Shown here piece by piece: positions 1 through 12,065 of a stretch of 64,000 bases of DNA. The notes below the pieces were generated by a model. The model saw only the letters and a list, made by a program, of their open reading frames with translations, did no database searches and was not told the DNA's origin. A program made the position numbers and the translations under genes. Position 1 is the first letter of the stretch; each line of letters opens with the position of its first letter. The stretch is taken from assembly GCF_032191835.1 (NCBI RefSeq), contig NC_083235.1, positions 17,856,001-17,920,000 of the forward strand, written 5' to 3'. Source of the stretch: Heteronotia binoei (taxonomy: Eukaryota).

Positions 1-19
1 AAAAGAAAGAGAGAGTGAG

Positions 20-20
<1 letters not shown>

Positions 21-106
<86 letters not shown>

Positions 107-107
107 A
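21..107. repeat. (GAAA)n microsatellite
   Basis: Uninterrupted GAAA array of about 21 units. Confidence 0.97.
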
Positions 108-856
108 TTGCATGGAAATAACTATTGTTACTGGCAGCACAGTGGTTCAGTAACAATGCCTCTTTCTGTACAATGCTTCTAGACCTATAGATATTGCAAA
201 AGAGAATTACATGGGAAGTAGGTACTTTATTCCCAGAGGGAGAAAGATCAAGAATAGTCCTGATGTAATGTTGCCCACAACAGCAATAAGGGCACAGCCA
301 CTGGGGCCCAAAGCTAATATTTACCACCAATTTCAGCATCTTGGATGCCTCGCCCAAGGCTTAGCAAGTAATTATTCCATTTCTTAAAATGATCCTGACA
401 AACTAGCTCTTGAGCAGTGTTTTCTTGCAAATGGCATGATCGCTCAGGATGTGGATTCTATAATTTCATTGGCCTTGCATGTTCTCCACATATAGCACAA
501 GGTTTCCCCAAGGTGCTTGGAGGTAAGGAATGACTGCATGCGCTTGTGTTTCCCCTTTATGTGGTAGAGGAAAATTCTGAGCTCAATAATTCTGTAGATT
601 TAAAGGGATTTGGATTCCAAGAGTCTACTGTGGTTAGGGGCAAGCAGTTTATAATAGAATAGTCCATCGCAAACTATAATCCTCCACTACAGCAAAAAGG
701 CAGAGGATTACATTTAGGAATGTGAACCCATTTTATAAATCTTGTAGACAGAACATCAGCACATCAAGCAAAGGGCCAAGGAAGAAATTATCTCTGCCGC
801 ATGCTAGCTTACTCTTTCCATGTGTAAACCTTGTATTAAGTGCAGTGACCAATATA

Positions 857-1052
857 CAGGGTTGCCAGTCAACTTTGGGGGTTGGGGGGGGGAAATATCC
901 TGTCCCTTTAGTAAAGTCTTAATTTGTGAATGTGGGCAGCTAAAGCTCCTCAACACATTGCAATTAAATAACACCTGGTTAAAAAAAAACCCTCATTAAT
1001 CCTCTCTTAAATGGACAGGCCTTTTTTTCCTTCAGGTTTGCTGGCAACCTTA
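857..1052. mobile_element. hAT-type MITE (YAGGGTTGCC termini)
   Basis: Ends cagggttgccag...ctggcaacctta are inverted repeats of a terminus seen elsewhere in the window with 8-bp TSDs. No TSD is recognisable at this copy. Confidence 0.5.
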
Positions 1053-1399
1053 ACACTTTACCCTGTTTCACCTCCGGCAAATACATTTGAGAGGCTTTTG
1101 AAAACCTGCAAAACCTGTTTAATTACAAATGAGCCAGACACACAGATGAATGTATTGTGTGCAGTGGAGCCTTTCTCAAACCACTTTCAATTCACTTAAA
1201 AAAATGTTATCAAGCTTTCAGTTATATGCTAGAAGTCCCTGGTTCAATTGTAAGCTTCTCTGTTAATTCACTGGGCTGGAGAAGGTCAATGGTTTTCTTC
1301 TCATCCTAGCCAACGATCCCAAATCTATAATATGGAGACTGTAATATTGCCCCACCTTACAATCTGCTCAGTTGTAGGTGGGTAGTAGCTCTAATAGCC

Positions 1400-1520
1400 C
1401 AGACTATCCTGATCTTCTCAGAGCTTGGAAGTTCAGTAGGGTGGGTGCTTGGATAGGAAACCATCAAGGAAGACTGGGGCTGCTATGGAGAATGAGGCAA
1501 TGGCAAACCATCTGCGCACG
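1400..1520 (+). mobile_element. 5S rRNA-derived SINE, degraded
   Basis: Similar to the 5S internal promoter region (gatct..gaag..gggtg..cttggat.ggaaacc) followed by the aggcaatggcaaacca body shared with other copies in the window. Confidence 0.55.
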
Positions 1521-1979
1521 CACTTTATCTTTAATGAGTCCTGAGTTTAATCAGAACAATGGTCCCATTAAACACGAATGTGTTAAATCATGCAATTATC
1601 CTGATCTAAATCATCTCCCCCCACACCTTGTTTGTTTATTTATTTGTTATTTCTTATTTTAGATTTCTATCCCTCCCTTCCCAAAAATGGGCTCAAGGTG
1701 GGTTGCTTCACAGTTTTTTTTTTCCCATTAGGACTCTTAACAGAATTGGGTGGTAGAGCAAAGTTTGAGTCCAGTGACACCTTTAGGACCAACAAAAAGT
1801 TTTAGTCGAGGTATAAGCTTTCGGGCACATGGTTGTTGATGGTGGCGATGGTTTATACTGGGGGAAATGGTGCAGGGAAGTGGCTAGTTCTGCCCATGCA
1901 GAGCATCCCACGTTTGCTGCAATGCAAATAAGAGAACAAATGGGAGATCAAATTCAGATTTCCTACATCTCATGTAGTT

Positions 1980-2333
1980 TAGAACATAAGAAAATAAGAG
2001 ATGTCATGTTGGATCAGGCCAATGGCCCATCCAGTTCAACACTCGGTCACACAGTGACCAGAAAAACCAGGTGCCATCAGGAGGTCCACCAGTGGGGCCA
2101 AAACACTAGAAGTCTTCCCACTGTTGCCCCCTTCCCCAAGCACCAAGAATACAGAGCATCACTTGCCCCATACATCAATACCCTATGCCATCCATACCCT
2201 GTGGCTAATAGCCACTGATGGACCTCTGCTCTAAATGTTTATGCAATCCCCTCTTGAAGCTGTCTATGCTTGTAGCTGCCACCATCTCCTGTGGCAGTGA
2301 ATTCCATGTGTTAATCACTCTTTGGGTGAAGAA
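1980..2333 (-). mobile_element. CR1 LINE 3' fragment
   Basis: Reverse complement of the CR1 3' end seen at 7400-7730 (aacataaga tail; ttggatcaggccaatggcccatccag). Confidence 0.85.
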
Positions 2334-2661
2334 TTACTCAGGCATGATTTATTTACTTAAAATATGCATTAAAGATTGTTTCTCATCTCCAGAAGAATTG
2401 CACAAAAATGAATGTATATAGTAGTTAAAAAAAATAAAAAAAGGAAAAAGGAAATGGAAAGCACTAAAAACAAGGAATGCATTGAGGATGCTGCATGGAC
2501 CAGTGACTTGATCCAGCAGGATTCTTATGTGCTTACAATACTGCCCATTTTAAATAAACAAATAACTTAGTATTTGGTATTTTCTACCCCTTGATCGGTA
2601 GTGTGTATCCTCCATTGCTGTATATTTCTACTTATGCTCTTCAATATCCATGCAGTATATC

Positions 2662-2686
2662 CATTCTTTTGTTATTTTCCCTGTAG
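2662..2686 (+). promoter_or_regulatory. Putative 3' splice acceptor of the OR 5'UTR intron
   Basis: Polypyrimidine tract ...ttttgttattttccctgtAG ending 9 nt before the ATG at 2696, the typical OR layout. Confidence 0.7.
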
Positions 2687-2695
2687 GTCAAGGAC

Positions 2696-3649
2696 ATGGT
2701 CTATGATCCTTCTACCAACTGGACTCTGGTTACTGAGTTTGTCCTGTTGGGGTTCACCAGTCACCCAGACATGGCTGGTCTGTTGTTTGGACTCTTCCTA
2801 GTGATGTATGCAGTGACACTGGTAGGCAATGGACTCATTATGGCCGTTGTGTGGAGTGATCCAGTACTGCATAGTCCCATGTATATCTTCCTGGGTAGCC
2901 TCTCCTGCTCTGAGACCGCCTACACTCTGGTGGTGATACCACGAATGCTTTGTGACTTGCTGGCCCCCCACAGGTCACTTCCCCTGGCTTCGTGTGCCAC
3001 ACAAATGTTCTTCTTCGTGGCCCTAGGTGTGGCTGACTGCCTGCTGTTGACTGCCATGGCGTGGGATCGCTATGTGGCTATCTGTCGCCCGCTGCACTAT
3101 GGCTCCCTAATGAGTCAGCAGATTTGTTGGGGCTTAGTCCTGGGCTCCATCTGTGGAGGTTTTGTTCTCTCATCGTGCCTCACGGGCATGATTTTCTCCT
3201 TGCCTTTTTGCGCGCCCAACCATATCCCTCATTTTTTCTGTGACATTCCCCCTGTCCTGAGCAGGGCCTGTCCTGGTTATGGAACCATTGAAGTCACCGT
3301 CCCCACCTTAGTTGCCATGACACTCATCATCCCTTTCTCCTTCATCATGCTCTCTTATGCCTGCATTTTGGTGGCTTCCCTACGCATGGATTCAACTCGA
3401 CGGTGTCACAAGGCCTTCTCCACCTGCGGAGCCCATTTGACGGTGGTCATCCTACATTATGGCTGTGCCATTGTCACCTATGCCAAGCCTAAAAGCAGCT
3501 ATATGGAAGGGAAGGACCATATCCTTTCAGTGTCTTACACTATTGTTATTCCCATGCTCAACCCTCTCATCTACACTCTAAGAAACAATGAAGTCAAAGG
3601 AGCGCTTCGGAAGGTGGTAAACCGGGGCCTCTTTCTTCATGATGGATAG
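2696..3649 (+). CDS. Olfactory receptor, class II, OR10-like (317 aa, intact)
   Basis: OR motifs GN, LHSPMY, MAWDRYVAIC-PLHY, HFFCD, KAFSTC-AHL, PMLNPLIY-LRN. SETAYTLVVIPRML and LHYGCA are typical of family 10. N-glycosylation sequon NWT. Confidence 0.96.
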   Translation: MVYDPSTNWTLVTEFVLLGFTSHPDMAGLLFGLFLVMYAVTLVGNGLIMAVVWSDPVLHSPMYIFLGSLSCSETAYTLVVIPRMLCDLLAPHRSLPLASCATQMFFFVALGVADCLLLTAMAWDRYVAICRPLHYGSLMSQQICWGLVLGSICGGFVLSSCLTGMIFSLPFCAPNHIPHFFCDIPPVLSRACPGYGTIEVTVPTLVAMTLIIPFSFIMLSYACILVASLRMDSTRRCHKAFSTCGAHLTVVILHYGCAIVTYAKPKSSYMEGKDHILSVSYTIVIPMLNPLIYTLRNNEVKGALRKVVNRGLFLHDG

Positions 3650-4139
3650 TTTAAGTGCTCTGGCAAAGGTGGGTTCTAGTAGCTACAGTGAAGCAAATAT
3701 AATCCTACTTTCAAGTTTAACTAGACATTAATTTTAGACTCCTTGTGTAAAAGAAGATTCAGGTAGAGTCAATTGCCACCATGGGAGTCTTTGGTCTATG
3801 CATATCAAGTACTTTGGGGCTTGAAGTGGGAATCATGGAAGTCAGACACTGGTTTCTCATTGTGGTACCAAGACAACTAGTCTGAGAGAGGAACCAGGTC
3901 TTTCTCTAAAGCAAGCAGAAACAAATACCTGAGCAGTATTCTTAACCGAGGGTGGTTCTAGGATGACCTCAGATACATTTTTTATCTTTCCCATTCTCAA
4001 AAAAAAAAAAAAACAACAACCCTGGATGATTTGAAAAGCAATATACATTGACCCTGAAACCATGGAGTCAGTTGGGTCTGTACAGCTGCTGGAGTCTGCC
4101 ATTGGTGCTGATTCAGTGAATCATGTGTGTTATTTTTTC

Positions 4140-4610
4140 CCCAAGTTCAGAATAATTTTATTTCCGAAATTGTATACAAGGTAACAATTATACAAAGCCA
4201 AAATCTACATTTTTACCAATAGATTGTTACATGGTAATATAAAATATAAAAATAATTGGAACTTTTTAATAGCAAACCAATAAACTGGAATTAGACACAC
4301 CCTGACCAAAAATACCACAAGCAAAATTATCTAGAGAAGGGGACCAATAAAGAAGGGTAGACCGGCAACCTGGTCTCATCCTACCACCCAGATTGTGAGC
4401 AATTTTATCCAAAATAAAATATTCCCAGCACTTACTCAGCCAGACAATCAACAAGGGAGGCGAATTTAACCTCCATTTTGTTTCTATTGCAAACTTTGCT
4501 GCAGTTAATAGCAAGGATATCAACTTCTTCCGCTCTGATATCTTAAAGTCCTCCCAGAGATTGAGAAGGAAAAATTTAGGGGACTGAGGAATCAGGACAC
4601 CTGTAATAAA
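4140..4610 (-). mobile_element. L1/Tx1-like LINE 3' fragment
   Basis: Translation LLLTAAKFAIETKW...PP...W.SKCWE..ILDK resembles the C-terminus of L1/Tx1 ORF2. Confidence 0.6.
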
Positions 4611-4918
4611 ATAAATTTCTGTGATGACCTAAATAAAAAAGGGAGATTTTGTGTGTGTGTGTGTGTGTTATTTTTATCTTTTGATGCAATGGTCCTCTGT
4701 AAATGTCTCCCCCCCCCCAGTGTATGTCTTATACTGCTGTTCTATGATCATAATAAATAACCTCTATTATAACTAGTATGTTTCTGGGGTGGCCTGATTT
4801 TGCTCTTTATGGTATCTCAGTAAGGGACAGACATTTTACTGTTAAATATTACTGATAATAGGATTACTAAGATTCAGGTCAGGCCTGAAGTTCTCCTCAA
4901 ATTTACAAATAATATTAG

Positions 4919-5085
4919 CAGGCCTTGAATTCATCAGGAGCTCACAGGAGCACAGCTCCTGAACCTTTCTGAGGGTTCCCCCTCTTCCTCCCCACCTACC
5001 TACTTTGTCCATTGAATAGAATGTACAACTGCATAACAATCCCTGTATGAGCTGCACCACTTATTTTTCTACAAAATGACCCCTG
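4919..5085. mobile_element. hAT MITE (CAGG...CCTG) nested in a TAGGGTTGCC-type MITE (about 4860-5246)
   Basis: 8-bp TSD aatattag/aacattag (7/8). Same family as 41009-41168. Confidence 0.75.
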
Positions 5086-6269
5086 AACATTAGTCTCCAG
5101 ATTACAATGATTAGTTCAACTGGAAGAATTTGAAGGGTGGACTCTATGGCATCCCTGCTGAGCTCCATCACCCCCAAACATCACCCTCCCTAGATTCCAC
5201 TCCCCAAATCTCTCCAAAAATTTTCCAATCCAGAATTGGCAACTGTAGAGTGAAGGAAAGGGCAATGGTCTGGAAAACCAACCTGATTTCATCTAGAGAC
5301 TTAGAAGGGAGGCTTAAGCCTTCCTGTACTTTGCCCTATGCAAGAATACTGCTGAGGCTCTTGGAATGTGCTGACTTTTCACCTCCTTCCTGGAATACAC
5401 ATTTGGGGTAACAAGCTTAGGTAAACATCGGTCGTCTCATTCTGCACGTGGTTAGTAAATGATTGTGTAAAGAATAATGTATATAAATAAAGCAGCACAG
5501 CCACTGACAGTCAGAAGAGCAGCACAGACTGGTGCGAGAACATCAACCCTGAGTCATGTGACAATCCTACAGTAAAGTAGTGGGTTTGGATGCTAGAGTG
5601 ATTTCAGCATAGCTCTTTATAAGCAAAAACAGCACTGAGAACCCATGCGGCAAGCCACAACTATATACACATAACCTGCCACCAAAACAACCCCCCCCCC
5701 CAAAAAAAAAAGTGAATCAACCAATAGAAACATCAGGTGCTGTGGCAATCCCATTCACTGGACCAGATCAGGTAACCTCTATGGACTGATTGGCTGGCTC
5801 TGCAAAAGCAGCCAATCTGAGTGTAGCTATAATGAGCCTTTTCAACAAAGGCCTCTCAATACACTACAGCAACCCTAAGTGATGATGGGGAATCATTGAG
5901 GGGACAATTTGGAGAACCTACTCACCTTTCATGATTCTGTTAGTTCTCAGGAACTTGAGCAGATCAATTTCTTCTAGCTCTTTCCCCAACTTCAGAGACT
6001 GATCAGCTGCTCCCAACATATTTAAAATTTTGGATGTTTTTTTGGGAGGGTTCTTTTGGTTAATTTGCAATGCTTTTCTTTGTATACCTGATAAGTTCCC
6101 CAGTAGGTAAAATACCTTGTCATTGGGAGGCTCTGATTTTGTGTATTTTATCTCTTTTTAAATCACTTTACTATTAAATAGCAATTAATCAGGTGACTGA
6201 TGTGAACTGCAACTAACGCTTCTGGAAAATCACAGTATTCACCACCATCTGTATAAACTCACTTGCTAA

Positions 6270-7730
6270 CTGAGATCCATCTCCACAAGCCTTCCAGAAA
6301 GCTTTTGAAAAAGATTTTGATAAAGTTCCTCTTCAAAGGCTCCTAAGGAAACTCAGCAGTCATGGGATTGGAAAACAAGTCCTCTTGTGAATTAAAAACT
6401 GGTTAAGCTGCGCTTTTTATTGTAGCAGGAACTCCTTTGCATATTAGGCCACACACCCCTGATATAGCCCATCCTCCAAGAGCTTACAGTAAGCCCTGTA
6501 CAAAGAGCCCTGTAAGCTCTTGGAGGATTGGCTACATAAGAGAGGTGTGGCCTAATATGCAAAGGAGTTCCTGCTACAAAAAAAGCCCTGTGATTAATTA
6601 ACAGAAAACACAGAGTGAGTATAAATGGATCATTATCACAGTGGAAGGTGTAAGCAGTGGGTTATTGTAGGGCTTGGTTCAAGGTCCGGTGCTTTTAAAC
6701 TTGTTCATTAATGATTTAAGTAGTGAAGTGGCTAAGTCTGTAGGTGACACTCAGCCTTTCAAGGTGATGAGAACCAGAGAGGACTGTGAGGCACTTCAGA
6801 GAGATCTGTTGAGGCTGGGCATGGGCATCAACATGGCAAATAAGGTTCAACATGGGCAAGTGCAAAGTAATGCACATAAGGCCAAAAAGTCTTAACTATA
6901 AATATGTGTTGATGGGGTCCAAACTGGTGGTAACCGAGCAGGAGCGAGATCTTGGAGTCATGGCAGATAACTCCCTGGAAATATCAACTAAATATGCAAC
7001 TGCAATAAAAAGGCAAATGCTGTGCTGGAAATTATTAGGAAGGGGACTGAAAACAAATCAGCCAGAATGCCCCTGTATAAATCTATGGTGCAGCTCATTT
7101 GGAATATTGTGTACAGTTACCGTCACTGCACTTCAAAAAAGAGATAGCATTGGATGAGGTGCAGAAAAGGAAAACGAATGATTAAAGGGATGGAACACTT
7201 TCCCTAAGAAGAAAGCTTAAAGAGGTGAGAGCTCTTCAGCTTGGAGAAACAATGATTCAGGAGTGACATGAGAGAGGTTTACAGAATTATGCATGGGATA
7301 GAGAAGGCAGAGAAAGAAGTACTTTTCTCCCTTTCTCACAGTACAAGAACTCAGGGGTGCTCAGTGAAACAAATGAGCAGTAGGTTTAGAACAGATAAAA
7401 GGAAGTACTTCTTCACCCAAAGAGCATTAACATATAGCATTCACTGCCACAGGAAGTGGTGTCGGCTATAACCATGGACAGTTTCAAGAGGGGATTGGAT
7501 AATATATGGAGCAGGGCTTATTAGCCATAAGGTATAGATGGAACTCTCTGTCTGGGGCAGTGATATTCTGTATTCTTGGTGCTTGGGGGGTGATAGTGGG
7601 AGGGTGTCTAGGGTTCTGGCCCCACTGGAGGACATCTCGCTGGTACCTGAAGGTTAGCCACTGTGTGACACAGAATGTTGAACTAGATGGACTACTGGCC
7701 TGATCCAGCATGGCTTCTCTTTATGTTTTA
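6270..7730 (+). mobile_element. CR1 (L3) LINE, 5'-truncated and degenerate
   Basis: RT remnants (AFDKV, QG...GPVLLNLFINDL, KCKVMH, ERDLGV) and a CR1 3'UTR ending ggcctgatccagcatggcttctc. Confidence 0.92.
6408..6590. mobile_element. Palindromic hAT MITE inserted in CR1
   Basis: About 80-bp inverted arms (gtagcaggaactcctttgcatattaggcc...). Flanks tggttaag/tgattaat (6/8). Confidence 0.88.
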
Positions 7731-8274
7731 GCCTTGTTGAGGATTTCACATCTCATTACAACCCTATGGAATGTACAAATGTCACCTGCAGCAAGGCATT
7801 TTCAACAATGACCTTGAGACGGAAATGTAATTTTGTGTCATTGCTTTCTGTAAATGTATGGATGTCTTATACTGCTGGTTTATGTCCCAAACTAGGGATT
7901 TGAACCCAGAACTCCCAGGTAATAATTTCCCACACTAATATCTACATCTTACTCTATTAAAAAAAAAAGTTGTGCCTCCATTGTCATGAACACTAGCCTT
8001 TATTGGCTGCTATTTCAAATTGATCACATTGACTCAACTCCATTTTTAGTCATTTGTAATTCACTGGAAAACAGAATTTCCTTTGCGGGTGAAACTTTGC
8101 AGCAGCAACTTAGAATTCCTTCCTGATTTTAGTTATATGCTAACAGGATGTTCAGTCATGTTGGGAGCTTCTTCCTCTTTTCTCTAAGGGGTGACACATT
8201 CCATACTAATCACCTTCAAGCAGTTGGCTCCAGACATACATAGAATGTATGGGGCTGCTGGCTAAATGGCTTTG

Positions 8275-8560
8275 GGTGTAATGGTTAAGTGCATCAGTTT
8301 GGTGAAGTGGTTAAATGCACGGACTATAATCTGGGAGAACCGGGTTTGATTCCTCACTCCTTCACATGCACATGCACCTGCTGGGTAACCTTGGGCAAGC
8401 CATGGTTCTGGCAGAGTTGTTCTCTCAAGAGCAGTTCTCGAAAGAGGGTTCTGTTGTGGGAGAGGAAGGGAAGGAGATTGTAAACAGCTTTGAGACTACA
8501 AGTGTAGGGGGGTATAAATCCAGTCATCTCCTCCTCCTCCTCCTCCTCTTCTTCTTCTCA
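8275..8560 (+). mobile_element. Squam3-like tRNA/CORE SINE with duplicated head
   Basis: A box tggtgaagtggttaa, B box gggtttgattcc, tail ...tataaatcc followed by (CCT/CTT)n. Confidence 0.8.
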
Positions 8561-8611
8561 TTCAGAAACATTACCACACTTGGTTGCTAAAGGCTGAGTA
8601 TTTCAATATAA

Positions 8612-8878
8612 GAAGAAGACATTGGATTTATATTCCGCCCTCCACTCAGAGTCTCAGAGCAGCTCACAATCTCCTTCATCTTCCTATCCCACAACAGGCA
8701 CCCTGTGAGGTGGGTGGGGCTGAGAGGGCTCTCACAGCAGCTGCCCTTTCAAGGACAACCTCTGCCAGAGCTATGGCTGACCCAAGGTCATTCCAGCAGG
8801 TGCAAGTGGAGGAGTGGGGAATCAAACCTGGTTCTCCCAGATAAGAGTCTGCACACTTAACCACTACACCAAACTGTT
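8612..8878 (-). mobile_element. Squam3-like SINE
   Basis: Full-length reverse copy, ccactacaccaaactg head to agaagaaga tail. Confidence 0.88.
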
Positions 8879-9166
8879 TAAGACTAGGGCTTTTCCCACA
8901 GAAATCATAAACATTGTAATCCTCAGCCAGAAACTTAGATTTGCAGAATGGCCATTGGTAAACCCACTCAGTACATTTCAGTCTACATTGAGGAGGAGGA
9001 ATAACTACTTATGACTATAAATGAACAGTAACAAAGTTCTAAAATGAACAGTAACAAAGGAAGTACAGAAGTAGTTCTCTACCAGTTCATAATCTCACTG
9101 AAGGAAGGTCAGAATGGAACTCTGGTACTGAAGAGGAGTACTGAAATTGGCAGGCATACATTTAAT

Positions 9167-9346
9167 AAGGGCTTTTTTGTAGCAAGAACTCTTTTGCATA
9201 TTAGGCCACATCCCCTGATGTAGCCAATCCTCCTGGAGCTTACAGTAAGCTGTGTATTAAGAGCCCTGTAAGCTCTTGGAGGATTGGCTACATCAGGGGT
9301 CTGTGGCCTAATATGCAAAAGAGTTCCTGCTACAAAAAAAGCCCTG
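9167..9346. mobile_element. Palindromic hAT MITE 14 nt downstream of an OR stop codon
   Basis: Same fold-back family; agggctttttt...aaaaaaagccctg termini. Confidence 0.9.
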
Positions 9347-9360
9347 CAATTTAAGTGTCT

Positions 9361-10314
9361 TTAGGTGTCCTTTTTCCTTCCCATTATTCTCCCCAAGGCT
9401 TGCTTCACATCTTTATTCCGCAAGCTGTAAATCAAAGGATTAAGCATGGGGGTGACCACCACGTACATGATGGCAAGATATTTGTCCTGCTCTGAGGTTC
9501 TGTTTTGGGGTCTCAAGTACATCACCATTGCTGTACTGTAGAAAATCCCAACCACTGTAAGGTGAGAACCACAGGTAGAGAGGGCCTTTTTCCAGCTCTG
9601 TTCTGAGCGTATCCTCAACACTGCTAGAGCAATACGTACGTAAGTCACCAGGATGAAGACAAATGGTACTAGGAGGGTGAAAACACTGCTGCCTGACATG
9701 AGGCCCACATTTGCCGAGATATCTGAGCATGCCAGTTTCACAACAGCCTGCACCTCACACATAAAATGATCAATGATGTTGTGACCACACAACTGGATCT
9801 TCATTGCGAAGGATGGTACAATGGTTAGAAGGAAAGCCAAGACCCATGAGATGGCAGCCAACCAGCCACACATCTTTCTGTTCATGATAAGCGTGTAGTG
9901 TAGTGGGCTGCATATAGCCACATAACGGTCGTATGCCATAACAGCCAGCAAAATGCATTCGGCCACACCAAGGAAGAGGGAGATGCACATCTGGATGAAA
10001 CACCTGGCATTAGTGATAGTTGGTCTTTTGGTGAAGCTGTGGGCCAACATCTGTGGGATTGTGCTGGAGGTATAGCAGATATCCACAAGGGAGAGGTTTC
10101 CTAGGAAGAAATACATGGGAGTCTGGAGGTGAGAATCGGCTATGGTTAATAGGACAATGAGTCCATTCCCCAAGATGGTGATCAAGTAGAGGATAAGAAA
10201 CACAAAAAAGAGCACCACACGCATATGGGGCTGGCTGGAGAGACCTGTCAGCAGGAAGATCTCTGGCTCTGTCTCATTATCGTTCACAGGGTTGGTGACG
10301 TTAAGTCTTCCCAT
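9361..10314 (-). CDS. Olfactory receptor, class II, OR13/OR2-like (317 aa, intact)
   Basis: LQTPMYFFL, MAYDRYVAIC-PLHY, HFMCE, KALSTCGSHL, PMLNPLIYSLRN. The true ATG is at 10314 (the ORF track starts at a TTG). Acceptor ttgttgcAG at 10328-10329. Confidence 0.96.
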   Translation of the reverse strand: MGRLNVTNPVNDNETEPEIFLLTGLSSQPHMRVVLFFVFLILYLITILGNGLIVLLTIADSHLQTPMYFFLGNLSLVDICYTSSTIPQMLAHSFTKRPTITNARCFIQMCISLFLGVAECILLAVMAYDRYVAICSPLHYTLIMNRKMCGWLAAISWVLAFLLTIVPSFAMKIQLCGHNIIDHFMCEVQAVVKLACSDISANVGLMSGSSVFTLLVPFVFILVTYVRIALAVLRIRSEQSWKKALSTCGSHLTVVGIFYSTAMVMYLRPQNRTSEQDKYLAIMYVVVTPMLNPLIYSLRNKDVKQALGRIMGRKKDT

Positions 10315-12065
10315 AGTGTGCAACTATCTGCAACAAGGGTAAAAACAGACAAATCATGAATATGAGATCTTTTCCTGATTATTAATGGTAGACTGAAAAT
10401 CCATCTTTTGCTTCACTCCTACTTCTTTACCTGCTAAATTCAATGTTGCATTTTAAGAAAAGGAAATTTGCAGACTTGGGACACAAATTAATTATCCTAA
10501 TTGATAATTGGGAAGAAATATGATAACATTGTAACCAGCACCCAAGAAATGATCAAGGTAGGTGTGAGCTATTGCACCTCATAGTGTCCTCGAAACCAGA
10601 TGTTTACTAGAAGAGATTGTACTGGCTCAAATTAGATGGTTTCATTGGCCTTTTCTGAGCAAGATTCAATATATGATATTGGGCAATGCATGGTGTATAC
10701 ATTTCTGGCCCCTAAAAGAAATGACTATTATATTATATAGCAAAACAGGATTTCACAGACTCTTGCCTTGTAAGGTGTAACTGGTAAATTGGTGAGCTAA
10801 TGTCACAGATAGCTGAAGACACCCAAAAGAAACCATAGAATTATAGCATTGGAAGGGTCATCAATTCCCTGCACAATGCAGGAAATTCACAAATACCGCC
10901 CCCTAAATTCACAGGATCAAAGTGAAGCCACACATTTAAAACATTACAAGTGATTCATATGAATCTTGCATCTATTTGAATTCTTTGTCTATCAGCTTGG
11001 AAAGATGTTTGTAGCATTTCCTGTGTAGAGTCAACATTTGTCAGCAATATTTGTAACAGAGCACAAATTCCCCAGGCAATTTTATACCAGATGACAACAT
11101 TGTACATAACTGGGCATTTTTAAATAGCAGTGTCCACTCTCAGAAAATAGTCTTTCCAATGGTATGCAATATTGAATGAAAACACTGTATTTTTCTTTTC
11201 CAAGAACCATTAATCCAATTGCACACCTTGCAGGTGCATTCCCAATGGGTAAATGTTGAGAAAGCTGAGAAATCAAGCTGAGAAATCATTCCTTTTTTGA
11301 CTTCCACTGCTTGGCTTTTGGGATCTCTCTATTTATTATTAGGAATAGATTTATCTTATAGAACTGCTTGTCAGCTACTTATGTATTTTCAAATTTTTGT
11401 CAATACTTCTGGACTTGCTTGATCAGAATAATGGTCTGCATAGTCCATCATCCTGTTTCCATTTGTGGTGAGCCAGATTTTTCAGGAAGCCCACAAGCAA
11501 GACATGATGGAACTTTTTGACCAACAAATCCTGGGGCATACTGCCTCTGAACATGAGCCTTCTTTTTTAGCTATTAGTCCTTCTTCCTGTGAGCTCAAGA
11601 GTGGTGTACCTGGTTCTTCATTCCACATTTTGCCCACACAGCAGTCTACATTTTATCTATTTTACCCACACTAGAGGTAAGTTATGTAGAGAGGGTGTGA
11701 TTGACCTAAAGTCACCCAACGCACTTAATGGCAGAGTGGGGATTTGAAGCACAATCTTCTGAGTCCTAGTCTGATATCACACTGGCTGTTGATAGCAATT
11801 GAGAGATCCATTTGTTGAATCCTCTTTTCAAGCCACCGAAACTGCTGGTCATTTTGCAATGGCAAATTTGAAGTATCAAGGACCGCAATCTATAATCTGA
11901 GATGGAGTGTTTGAATATCAGGTACTATGATTATCCACATTTGCACTGTTATAGGATCATATGGTCATTATCCCCTGCACCATTTTAATGAATGTATTTT
12001 GTGATATGGCTGACTGGCATTAGAGTTGGCAAACCCCAACCATACTTGTACCATCCTTACAGAGA

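Noticed and set aside
3775-3885. Perfect Kozak GCCACCATGG opening a 34-codon ORF after the first OR
   Set aside because: Short, no homology recognised, and expected by chance in 64 kb.
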